A stretch of 11,126 nucleotides of DNA, from the UHGV virus genome UHGV-0334114. One strand, given 5' to 3'. The position numbers and the translations under genes are program-made. Below the pieces are notes generated by a model. It was given only the letters and a program-made list of their open reading frames with translations, was not told the DNA's origin and did no database searches. Source of the stretch: a virus. This document shows positions 1-6,941 of this stretch, one piece after another (the first letter of the stretch is position 1; each line of letters starts with the position of its first letter).

Positions 1-276
1 GAATTTTTTGTTCAGGTCTGGGGAAATGGAGCCAACTTCGACAACACGATTTTGCGCCGTTCATACGAACGGCAGGGGATCCCCTGCCCATGGCGTTACT
101 ACAACGATCGCGATGTACGCACAATCGTTGAGCTGGGGAAAGCCATAGACTTCGATGCCAGAACGGCTATTCCATTCGAAGGTGAGCGCCATAATGCACT
201 TGATGACGCCCGTTACCAGGCAAAATACGTTTCAGTTATCTGGCAAAAACTGATCCCGAATCAGGCTGATTTTTAA
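1..276 (+). CDS. 3'-5' exonuclease, DnaQ-like DEDDh family (C-terminal part; gene starts upstream of window)
   Basis: Frame 1 is open from base 1 (EFFVQVWGNGANFD...), so the gene enters from upstream; the listed ORF start at 52 is an internal TTG. Contains GANFD and HNALDDARYQAKY motifs typical of Exo II/Exo III motifs of DEDDh exonucleases. Sits upstream of xis-int, where lambdoid phages carry recombination/exonuclease genes. Confidence 0.7.
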   Translation, partial: EFFVQVWGNGANFDNTILRRSYERQGIPCPWRYYNDRDVRTIVELGKAIDFDARTAIPFEGERHNALDDARYQAKYVSVIWQKLIPNQADF

Positions 277-340
277 TGTTCAACCCCGGTCGTTGCCCAC
301 CAGCTATAGTGGCGGCGACCATGATTAGCGAACGACGCTC

Positions 341-589
341 ATGGCAAGACTTATTCTGCTCACTGAGTGGGCAAAAGAGGAATTCAGTGAACCGGTCCCT
401 ACTCCGAGTACGTTAAGTAAATACGCTAAAGCCGGAATGATATTTCCTCTCCCCAAAAAAGTTGGAAGACGCTGGCGAGTGGATCCGCAAGCTCGCTTTG
501 TCGGAATGGTAAACAAGCCGGAGGTGATCGCCACAGATCACCCTGCTTTGAAGAGGATACTGGAAGATGGCGCGCCCGCGAAAATATAA
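341..589 (+). CDS. xis: excisionase / recombination directionality factor (Xis-like)
   Basis: 82-aa ORF immediately upstream of int, overlapping it by 23 bp (567-589) as xis/int do in lambda. The basic motif IFPLPKKVGRRWRV resembles lambda Xis (IFPPPVKDGREY, from memory). No obvious Shine-Dalgarno, so the start is uncertain. Confidence 0.6.
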   Translation: MARLILLTEWAKEEFSEPVPTPSTLSKYAKAGMIFPLPKKVGRRWRVDPQARFVGMVNKPEVIATDHPALKRILEDGAPAKI

Positions 590-1697
590 AACCGATGTTC
601 CGGGATTATCTCCGTATTTTGACAAAAGAAATAACAAAGTTTACTGGCGTTACAGGCATCCCATAACAGGCAAAAATCACGGTCTCGGCAGTATTGACCA
701 GAAACTGGCAGAAACTATTGCAGCAGAAGCGAACAGCCGTCTTGCCCGGCAGCAAATGGAACAAATGCTCAGTCTGCAGGAGAAAATTATTAGTGATACC
801 GGCGGTTCATCAACCGTTACCATTTTTCTGAATAATTACAGAAAAATTCAACAGGAAAGATATGAAAACGGCGAGATCAAACTCAACACGCTGAAACAGA
901 AAGCGGCCCCTCTCAGGGTATTTGATGAACGTTTTGGCACCAGACCGTTAGATGCCATAACCGTAAAAGATGTGGTATCAGTACTGGAAGAGTACAAGGC
1001 CAGAGGACATAACAGAATGGGACAAATTTTCAGGAAAGTACTGATCGATGTTTTCCGGGAAGCTCAGCAAACGGGCGATGTCCCGCCAGGCTTTAACCCT
1101 GCAGAATCGGCAAAAAAACCGCAGGTGCGGATATCAAGACAGCGACTGACTTTTGATGAGTGGATGATGATTTATAACGCAGCGGAAAAGGATGGTTACT
1201 TTTTACAGCGCGGTATGCTGCTGGCACTGATGACAGGCCAGCGCCTTTCAGATATTTGCAAAATGCAATTTTCGGATATCCGGGATGGTTATCTTCATGT
1301 CGAACAGCAAAAAACAGGAACCCGGATTGCCATCCCTCTGGCTCTGCGTTGCGATAAATTAAATCTCACCCTGGATGATGTGGTGTCATCCTGCCGCGAT
1401 TGCGTTCTTAGTCCGTGGCTATTGCACCACCATCACGCGAAAGGGACAGCTAAGCGCGGCGGGATGGTTAAGCCAGCAACATTAACCGTTGCATTTAAAA
1501 AAGCCCGGGATTCTGTGGATTACAACTGGCGTGCTAATGGCACCCCACCCTCTTTCCATGAGCAGAGATCTTTATCAGAGCGATTGTTCAGAGAGCAGGG
1601 GGTTGATACCAAAATTTTGCTAGGCCATTCGAATCAAAAAATGACCGATATTTACAACGACGCACGCGGTAAGGAATGGAAAAAACTGGTCATTTGA
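567..1697 (+). CDS. int: tyrosine site-specific integrase, lambda Int family
   Basis: 376 aa. The C-terminal catalytic domain aligns by eye to lambda Int: TGQRLSD (Arg), EQQKTG (Lys), FHEQRSLSERL (His/Arg), LLGHSNQKMTDIY (His and Tyr nucleophile). AGAGGA Shine-Dalgarno 9 nt upstream of the ATG at 567. N-terminal arm-binding region is diverged from lambda Int. Confidence 0.95.
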   Translation: MARPRKYKTDVPGLSPYFDKRNNKVYWRYRHPITGKNHGLGSIDQKLAETIAAEANSRLARQQMEQMLSLQEKIISDTGGSSTVTIFLNNYRKIQQERYENGEIKLNTLKQKAAPLRVFDERFGTRPLDAITVKDVVSVLEEYKARGHNRMGQIFRKVLIDVFREAQQTGDVPPGFNPAESAKKPQVRISRQRLTFDEWMMIYNAAEKDGYFLQRGMLLALMTGQRLSDICKMQFSDIRDGYLHVEQQKTGTRIAIPLALRCDKLNLTLDDVVSSCRDCVLSPWLLHHHHAKGTAKRGGMVKPATLTVAFKKARDSVDYNWRANGTPPSFHEQRSLSERLFREQGVDTKILLGHSNQKMTDIYNDARGKEWKKLVI

Positions 1698-1708
1698 TGA
1701 CCAGTTTT
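1680..1708. terminator. bidirectional intrinsic terminator candidate (12-bp perfect inverted repeat overlapping the int stop codon)
   Basis: AAAACTGGTCAT (1682-1693) and ATGACCAGTTTT (1697-1708) are perfect inverted repeats around a 3-nt loop. The stem is flanked by A6 (1680-1685) and T4 (1705-1708), giving a U4 tail on the + transcript (int) and a U6 tail on the - transcript (ompW-like segment). Confidence 0.5.
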
Positions 1709-1738
1709 GCAGAGGGGTTTTGCAGAGGTTTTGCAGAG
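1705..1738 (+). repeat. three direct repeats of TTTTGCAGAG; candidate integrase arm-type binding sites (P' arm)
   Basis: TTTTGCAGAG occurs at 1705-1714, 1718-1727 and 1729-1738, immediately 3' of int. A fourth near-copy AGTTTTGCAGAAGG lies at 1979-1992 on the other side of the proposed core. Placement mirrors lambda P'1-P'3 versus P-arm sites. Confidence 0.45.
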
Positions 1739-1742
1739 AAAA

Positions 1743-1868
1743 TTAAAAACGATATCCTGCGGAGAACATAAACACCCACGGATCCAGTCGTACCGAGTCT
1801 TTTACGGTAGTAACACCAGATTTGTACTTAGCCGTGGTATCGATATCCATGTACCAGACCGGTAGGTT
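1743..1868 (-). pseudogene. ompW: phage-borne 3'-terminal segment of ompW (41 codons plus stop); probable attP core and replacement 3' end of the integration target gene
   Basis: The - strand frame reads NLPVWYMDIDTTAKYKSGVTTVKDSVRLDPWVFMFSAGYRF then stop, preceded by an in-frame TGA at 1869-1871. It matches the OmpW C-terminus as I recall it (...VWYMDIDTTANYKLGGAQQHDSVRLDPWVFMFSAGYRF). No OmpW-like coding continues upstream in any frame, so this is a fragment, not a gene. Confidence 0.6.
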
Positions 1869-2170
1869 TCAAAAAACACAATAACCAATTGTATTTGAAG
1901 CAAAAAACAAGACTTTGAGATGTTTTTTTGTACCTTTTTTTATGTTTTTAACTGTCTGATTTTATTGAAATCTTTTTTAGTTTTGCAGAAGGAATTTTTT
2001 ACTTGATTGTAACTTTTTCGTTTTTTTGGGGCTAATTGACGCGCAATGCTGGGCGGGGAGCGCACAGCCAAAAAAACCGAAATTGACCGCTAATTACTGC
2101 CAATCATCATCGCTCTGATTGAGCGTAAATCATTCAGGTTTTTCAGTTCTTCCTTCTGCTCTCGCTGACG

Positions 2171-2341
2171 TCAATAAATCCCATCATTGCGATCAACCTC
2201 ATCCTTAACCATTGATGCGAGCAGTTCTTCCAGTTTCTGCGCTGACAGCTTTACCTGGTGATCTTCAGCATCTTCCCGGGCTATTGTGGTTCGCGCAGTG
2301 GCTGATTTTGCTGACATCACCACAGGGGGCAGACGGACCAT
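2171..2341 (-). CDS. hypothetical small protein (56 aa), sole ORF of the b-region equivalent
   Basis: ATG at 2341-2339 is preceded by GGAGG about 10 nt upstream. Product is MVRLPPVVMSAKSATARTTIAREDAEDHQVKLSAQKLEELLASMVKDEVDRNDGIY, predicted helical and acidic at the C-terminus. The listed 93-aa version starts at a TTG 4 bp after the tfa stop and has an odd hydrophobic N-terminus. No family recognised. Confidence 0.3.
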   Translation of the reverse strand: MVRLPPVVMSAKSATARTTIAREDAEDHQVKLSAQKLEELLASMVKDEVDRNDGIY

Positions 2342-2455
2342 TGAACCATGGCCTCCGGAACAAATAAGGGCAAAAATAACAACCACTATCGAAAGCTCAC
2401 AAACTAACCGCAGCACGTTCCTGCATACGACGTGTCTGCGGCATAATCCCAATGA

Positions 2456-3040
2456 TTACTCCCTGACAGGGTTCGTAGGCCACTCAATATCAGGTGCAGT
2501 TGATGTATCAACACGGTTCAGCAACACCCGATACTTTTTCCAGGCTTCCAGCAATGAGGTTTCTTCCTCCGTTGCAATTTCCAGATCTGCAGCATCCTGA
2601 AGCGGCGCAATATGCTCACTGGCTACCTGCATCAGGTTGTTTTTTGTTTCTTCCGCCTCCCGGATCCGGAACAGTTTTTCTGCTTCCGTATCCTTCACCC
2701 AGGCTGTGCCGTTCCACTTCTGAAACTCCCCTTCCGGCGATAACCAGGTAACATTTTCCGGTAACGGACCGAGTTCAGAAATAAATAACTCGTCCCCTGA
2801 CGCTACGTCATAAACCGTTTTCCCCCGATGGTCTTCAACGAGATGCCACGATGCCTCATCACTGTTGAAAACAGCCACAAAGCCAGCAGGAATATCTGGT
2901 GGTGCAATATCGGTACTGTTTGCTGGCAGACCTGTATGAGGCGGAATATATGCGTCACCTTCACCAATAAATTCATTAGTTCCGGCCAGCAGATTATAAA
3001 TTTTTATGGTCCGTGCTTGTTCACTCATTCTGAATGCCAT
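2456..3040 (-). CDS. tfa: tail fibre assembly protein (lambda Tfa-like)
   Basis: 194 aa, the same length as lambda Tfa and near-identical to it as I recall ([50 protein letters not shown]...). Its ATG overlaps the stf stop (TAATG). Confidence 0.9.
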   Translation of the reverse strand: MAFRMSEQARTIKIYNLLAGTNEFIGEGDAYIPPHTGLPANSTDIAPPDIPAGFVAVFNSDEASWHLVEDHRGKTVYDVASGDELFISELGPLPENVTWLSPEGEFQKWNGTAWVKDTEAEKLFRIREAEETKNNLMQVASEHIAPLQDAADLEIATEEETSLLEAWKKYRVLLNRVDTSTAPDIEWPTNPVRE

Positions 3041-6000
3041 TATGCAAGCCTCACAATATAGTTAAATGCGATGTTTTTGACGGTGTTTTCCGCGTTACCC
3101 GCAGCGTTAACGGTGATGGTGTGTCCATGTGAACCAATCGCAACGGAGTGCGTATGCGCACCAATACCTACAGTATGTGCATGTGCGCCAGAACTTGCTG
3201 CAGTACCAGACAGCGAGTGGGTATGAGCACCTGCTGACTGTGTCTGAATACGTTGATAATACGATCTATAGGAAGAAGTCTCCGGGCTTACTTGATACTG
3301 TGAATTCTGGACATAAGTGAACCCACCGCCATCATAAAATGCTAACGCAGAACCGCCGCCTCCTGGCCAACGAATACCATTACCATGAGTATGAACACCG
3401 GCAGACCCCGTAGAGCCACTCAGACTGTGCGTATGCGCCCCGGTGTTATTCGTGGATTTAGTGCCGTAATCAAACGACGATGTGGTTTTCGTCCCCAAAT
3501 CCGTACTGGATGCGCTGGCGCTGTGGGTGTGCGATTTTATGCCGTCCTGTTCCTGAGACAATACGGCCCGGCCACTGGCGGGTTTGCCCTTAATCGTCCA
3601 GCCACGCATATCAGGGATCACGCCTGACGGATAAGCCGCTGCAAGTTTCGGGTAGGCAGATTTGTTAAAAGTCTGCCCCTGCATCAGGGCATAACCAGAC
3701 GGAACGGTATCTGATGGCCACGGGATTGGTGCGCCAACTGGGTAGCTTTCTGGTGGAAGATTTTTCGAGGTATAAACTTCTGCCCAGTCTTCCTCAAAAC
3801 CATAACCGTCTCTTGAAGAACGGTAGAACAGACCACGATTTCTGTAATGCGCCTTCATCTGCAGGGTCCGGCAACTTCCGACTCCGGTATAGAAGTTAAC
3901 CAGAATATAGCTGTCGCCAGAGCGGGCGACATTGTAAGCGCCTGATTCGGCATTCCAGGGAACGGCTCCATTCGAATCCGCATAAGCCCCCGTCGAACGT
4001 CGGGCAAATGCACCAATATTTTCCGGCGTGAGGTTAATATCCGCCGAGCCATCAAACTTAACACCGTTAATTTTTGGGGCTGCCGCAAGTTTCGTCGCGG
4101 TATCGGCGTTCCCCTTCAGTGCCCCGGTGATCCCATCAGTAACAGACAACGGACCTGAAATAGTCCCTCCAGTCGTTGGCAGCGCTCCAATATCTGATGG
4201 TGTAGGTTTCTGATGTGAGCTATACATCGTATAAACAACACCACCGGTAACGCTGGAAGGCTTACTCGCTGAATATGTTGGCGAGGTATAAATAGAAACT
4301 GACGCATTTGCAGTACAATCCCAATGGATATTTACACTCGTCGCATAATTGCCAATCTCAACGTAAATATCATATGTATCGCCGGATGTGTTGATCCAGG
4401 CGAAATTCGTTAATCCGACGGCTGTACGCTTCCACAAAGCCCCGGTAATTCCTTTGGGGTTTCCATTGCCTGCTCGTAGAACCAGTTCTGAAATGCCTGC
4501 CTGATGTGGGGAACCGACGTTGTAACCAGCGCCACCAATCAATGCGATGTAAACGATGGAACTCGCTTGTGGCATGGTAACCGTTGCCAGTTTGAACCAC
4601 CCAGCCCCGCCAGAGAAAGAGATCGTTACTGAATTTAAAGTGCCAATATCTTTCGGTGTTAATGTTATATCCGCAGTCAGTGCTTTCCCGTTAACTTTTC
4701 GGTTAGATGGTACCCTGCCATTCGCATTGTCATTCGCTGCTTTAACTGCCTTCGGTGTCGCGGCAAGCGTTTCAGATGTGATGTTGGTCGCACTGCTGAG
4801 CTGTACTATCCCCTTTTTCGTCGTACTTGCATCCTCAAGCGCCACGGCGGATGCAATATCCTCTGCCCGTTTTGCCGCTGTCTCGGCGCGCGTTGCCGCG
4901 GATTCCGCCGTACTTTTGCTCTGTGCTGCCGCCGTCGCACTGCCAGCTGCCTCTGTCGCCTTCGCGGATGCTGTCGTGGCGCTGCCCTTCGCTGCTGACG
5001 CCTGTCTGGTCGCCTCATCTTTTGAAGCAGACGCCGATGATGCCGATGACGCCGCCGAACTGGCGGACGATGCGGCAGCCGTTTTTGAGGATTCTGCGCT
5101 GGTCTCCGACGCTTTCGCGTTCGTCTCCGATGTCTTCGCTGCGGAAGCAGACCTCGCTGCTGCACTGGCCTGTTCAGTGGCTTCGCCAGCCTTCGTTGTG
5201 GCTGTTGAAGCGGACGATGCGGCGCTTTCTGCCGATTTTCCGGCGGCGCTAGCACTGGCTGAGGCCTGCCCGGCACTTGTTGACGCTGCACTGGCAGACG
5301 ACGCAGCCGCTGTTTTTGAGCCTGCTGCTGCGGAGGCACTCTGTGCTGCTGCCGTTTCAGAGGACTTAGCGTTTGTCTCAGACGTCTTTGCCGCCTTCGC
5401 GGAATTTCCTGCCGCCGTTGCCGAGGAAGCGGCATTACTGGCGCTCGAGGCTGCGCTCGTTTCTGATAATTTTGCCGCCTCTTTTGAAGCCGACGCATCT
5501 CTGGCTGAGGTGGCTGCTTCTGACGCTTTCGTGGTCGCGGTGGATGCAGAAGTGGCAGCTGATTGTTGTGACGCTGCCGCATTCGTTTCTGACGTTTTCG
5601 CCGCACCGGCACTGGTGGCCGCCGCGCTTTTTGAGGACTCTGCAGCGGCAGCACTTTTTGATGCTTCAGTGGCCTTTGCTGATGCCGTTCCTGCGCTGGA
5701 AGACGCAGACTGAGCCGACGAAGCGGCCTGTCCGGCTGACGTGCTGGCTGCTCGTGCTGAGCCTGCAGCATCAGTCGCACGGGTTGCCGCCTCACGGGCT
5801 GATGTGCTGGCATCGCTGGCTGATTTCTTCGCGGCTGCCGTGTTCTGTGCCACCGCGGACGCGTTACGCGCCACCTCTTCCACCATCAGTTCAAAGCGGC
5901 GCAGTGCCTCAGGACGGGCATCATCCTCCGTCATGGCACCGAGAAAATCATTCAGCGTACCGGGTCGGGAATCTTCATACACGGTGATGGTCCCGGCATG

Positions 6001-6210
6001 TGACGGCGGGAATCCTTCCACCAACAGAATAACGCTGTACTGACCGTACTCAACGTCCATGCTGTAACGCCCGGCTTCATCCGGATTTTCTGAGGCCAGC
6101 GTGTTCACCACCACCGTGGTGCTGTTACGTTTTGCTTTCAGCTGGATTGTGCAGTTCTGTACCGGTTTTCCTGTGCCGTCTTTCAGTACACCTGAAATCT
6201 TTACTGCCAT
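3040..6210 (-). CDS. stf: side tail fibre protein (Stf; lambda Stf / Rac StfR-like, mosaic)
   Basis: Preferred start is the ATG at 6210 ([26 protein letters not shown]..., as in lambda Stf), with GGGGTGA just upstream; the listed ORF starts at a GTG at 6216. Has a long Ala/Ser/Thr-rich repeat tract, repeated GAHTHSLSG/HxH motifs, and a conserved C-terminus [22 protein letters not shown]. Confidence 0.9.
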   Translation of the reverse strand: MAVKISGVLKDGTGKPVQNCTIQLKAKRNSTTVVVNTLASENPDEAGRYSMDVEYGQYSVILLVEGFPPSHAGTITVYEDSRPGTLNDFLGAMTEDDARPEALRRFELMVEEVARNASAVAQNTAAAKKSASDASTSAREAATRATDAAGSARAASTSAGQAASSAQSASSSAGTASAKATEASKSAAAAESSKSAAATSAGAAKTSETNAAASQQSAATSASTATTKASEAATSARDASASKEAAKLSETSAASSASNAASSATAAGNSAKAAKTSETNAKSSETAAAQSASAAAGSKTAAASSASAASTSAGQASASASAAGKSAESAASSASTATTKAGEATEQASAAARSASAAKTSETNAKASETSAESSKTAAASSASSAASSASSASASKDEATRQASAAKGSATTASAKATEAAGSATAAAQSKSTAESAATRAETAAKRAEDIASAVALEDASTTKKGIVQLSSATNITSETLAATPKAVKAANDNANGRVPSNRKVNGKALTADITLTPKDIGTLNSVTISFSGGAGWFKLATVTMPQASSIVYIALIGGAGYNVGSPHQAGISELVLRAGNGNPKGITGALWKRTAVGLTNFAWINTSGDTYDIYVEIGNYATSVNIHWDCTANASVSIYTSPTYSASKPSSVTGGVVYTMYSSHQKPTPSDIGALPTTGGTISGPLSVTDGITGALKGNADTATKLAAAPKINGVKFDGSADINLTPENIGAFARRSTGAYADSNGAVPWNAESGAYNVARSGDSYILVNFYTGVGSCRTLQMKAHYRNRGLFYRSSRDGYGFEEDWAEVYTSKNLPPESYPVGAPIPWPSDTVPSGYALMQGQTFNKSAYPKLAAAYPSGVIPDMRGWTIKGKPASGRAVLSQEQDGIKSHTHSASASSTDLGTKTTSSFDYGTKSTNNTGAHTHSLSGSTGSAGVHTHGNGIRWPGGGGSALAFYDGGGFTYVQNSQYQVSPETSSYRSYYQRIQTQSAGAHTHSLSGTAASSGAHAHTVGIGAHTHSVAIGSHGHTITVNAAGNAENTVKNIAFNYIVRLA
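4820..5860 (-). repeat. in-frame low-complexity Ala/Ser/Thr-rich repeat tract inside stf
   Basis: Reiterated peptide units (AKTSETNA three times, STATTKA.EAT twice, SAASSAS...), with matching nucleotide-level reiteration. This composition generates the long spurious ORFs in other frames (4556-5713 +, 4806-5813 -, 5373-5987 +). Confidence 0.7.
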
Positions 6211-6220
6211 ATTCACCCCA

Positions 6221-6248
6221 CAAAAAAGCCCGCCTGAACCGGCGGGCT
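6221..6248 (-). terminator. rho-independent terminator downstream of lom
   Basis: On the - transcript: AGCCCGCC-GGUUCA-GGCGGGCU (8-bp GC-rich stem, 6-nt loop) followed by UUUUUUG. Lies about 27 bp after the lom stop and just upstream of the stf ribosome-binding site. Confidence 0.7.
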
Positions 6249-6274
6249 GTCATAACACTGTGTTACCTGGCTAA

Positions 6275-6874
6275 TCAGAATTTATAACCGACACCAACGA
6301 TGAAACTGTTGGTACGCCAGTCACCGCTGCCGGAGCCTTCATAAGCGACATCAACGGCCACGGATTCTGTCGGGTTAAACTGCACGCCAGCCCCCCACGC
6401 CAGAGACGTGTTGCTGTGGCGATCGTCATCACTTCCGGTCAGCACATCGTGCGTTTTCCCCGTATTGTCGGTCACCTGCAGATAATCCCCGGAGAAAGTC
6501 GACACACGGCTGTAAGCCACACCCGCCATCGCATACGCGCTGAACCATTCATTCACGCGCACAGACGGCCCCGCCATCACGCTGAACCAGCGGTTACGCA
6601 CGGAATCTTCATGCCAGCGGGTATCGCTGTAATGCGTTTTTTGCTCATCTTCAGCGTTGGCATAACTGAATGACGTAATCAGCCCCAGCGTGTCCGTAAA
6701 CTCATAACGGTATTTCACGTTAATCCCGTTCAGATTATCGCTGCCGGGAGCGTTCGTACGGGCATGAAGATACCCTGCGCTCAGTGTGGCCTGCTGCTCA
6801 GACGCCCATGCAGGCGCACCGGATACGGCCAGACAGATGGCTGCGGACAAAATGGCTGCACAAACTTTACGCAT
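6275..6874 (-). CDS. lom: outer-membrane protein Lom (Ail/Lom/PagC family beta-barrel), moron
   Basis: 199 aa with an N-terminal signal peptide ([24 protein letters not shown]). The C-terminus [26 protein letters not shown] matches lambda Lom. GAGG Shine-Dalgarno upstream. Sits between J and stf as in lambda. Confidence 0.9.
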   Translation of the reverse strand: MRKVCAAILSAAICLAVSGAPAWASEQQATLSAGYLHARTNAPGSDNLNGINVKYRYEFTDTLGLITSFSYANAEDEQKTHYSDTRWHEDSVRNRWFSVMAGPSVRVNEWFSAYAMAGVAYSRVSTFSGDYLQVTDNTGKTHDVLTGSDDDRHSNTSLAWGAGVQFNPTESVAVDVAYEGSGSGDWRTNSFIVGVGYKF

Positions 6875-6898
6875 AATTACCTCTCGCTTTTCTGCAAT

Positions 6899-6922
6899 AA
6901 AAAAGGCACCATTTCTGGTGCC
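6899..6922 (-). terminator. rho-independent terminator candidate between J and lom
   Basis: On the - transcript: GGCACC-AGAAAU-GGUGCC (6-bp stem) followed by UUUUUU. Lies about 20 bp downstream of the J stop. The stem is short. Confidence 0.5.
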
Positions 6923-6941
6923 CGTATCTGGGTTATAAAAT

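Larger units (their letters stand above)
1680..2040. other. attP-like attachment region (arm repeats, ompW-derived core segment, AT-rich phased A/T tracts)
   Basis: Lies between the int 3' end and the tail-fibre module. Contains the repeats and ompW fragment above, and an AT-rich stretch (about 1870-2030) with T-tracts at roughly 10-14 bp spacing, suggestive of bent DNA and IHF-type architecture. Confidence 0.5.

Noticed and set aside
325-637. ORFs on the - strand (325-534, 413-637) opposite xis and the int start
   Set aside because: Antisense to the xis-int overlap region, with no ribosome-binding site and no recognisable protein features; the xis-int organisation explains the region.
1780-1870. 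tRNA gene or tRNA 3' end as the integration core
   Set aside because: No cloverleaf-compatible sequence or CCA-adjacent acceptor stem was seen; the segment translates cleanly as an OmpW-like C-terminus on the - strand.
2342-2452. N-terminal extension of the small b-region ORF to a TTG at 2452 (93 aa)
   Set aside because: The extension starts at a TTG 4 bp after the tfa stop with no ribosome-binding site and encodes an implausible Cys/Val-rich segment. The ATG at 2341 with an upstream GGAGG is the better start, though the whole ORF remains low confidence.
2286-3061. Small + strand ORFs (2286-2600, 2494-2751, 2828-3061)
   Set aside because: Antisense to tfa and the small b-region ORF; composition-driven with no recognisable motifs.
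4820-5860. Possible CRISPR-like or tandem-repeat array
   Set aside because: The repeats are in-frame coding repeats inside stf with no regular repeat-spacer periodicity; they are not a CRISPR array.
4556-5987. Several long ORFs (4556-5713 +, 4806-5813 -, 4827-5252 +, 5373-5987 +, 5741-6043 +) in the stf region
   Set aside because: All fall in the Ala/Ser/Thr repeat tract of stf, where the biased repetitive composition removes stops in other frames. Their products are extreme low-complexity sequences (poly-Ala/Asp or Arg/Gln/Pro) and they overlap a well-supported gene.
2456-6210. Invertible tail-fibre segment with a DNA invertase (Pin/Gin/Cin-type host-range switch)
   Set aside because: tfa follows stf directly and no serine invertase gene or alternative fibre C-terminal cassette is present, so there is no evidence of a shufflon or inversion system.
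6416-6673. 85-aa ORF on the + strand
   Set aside because: Antisense to lom, His/Arg-rich with no start context; lom on the - strand is well supported.
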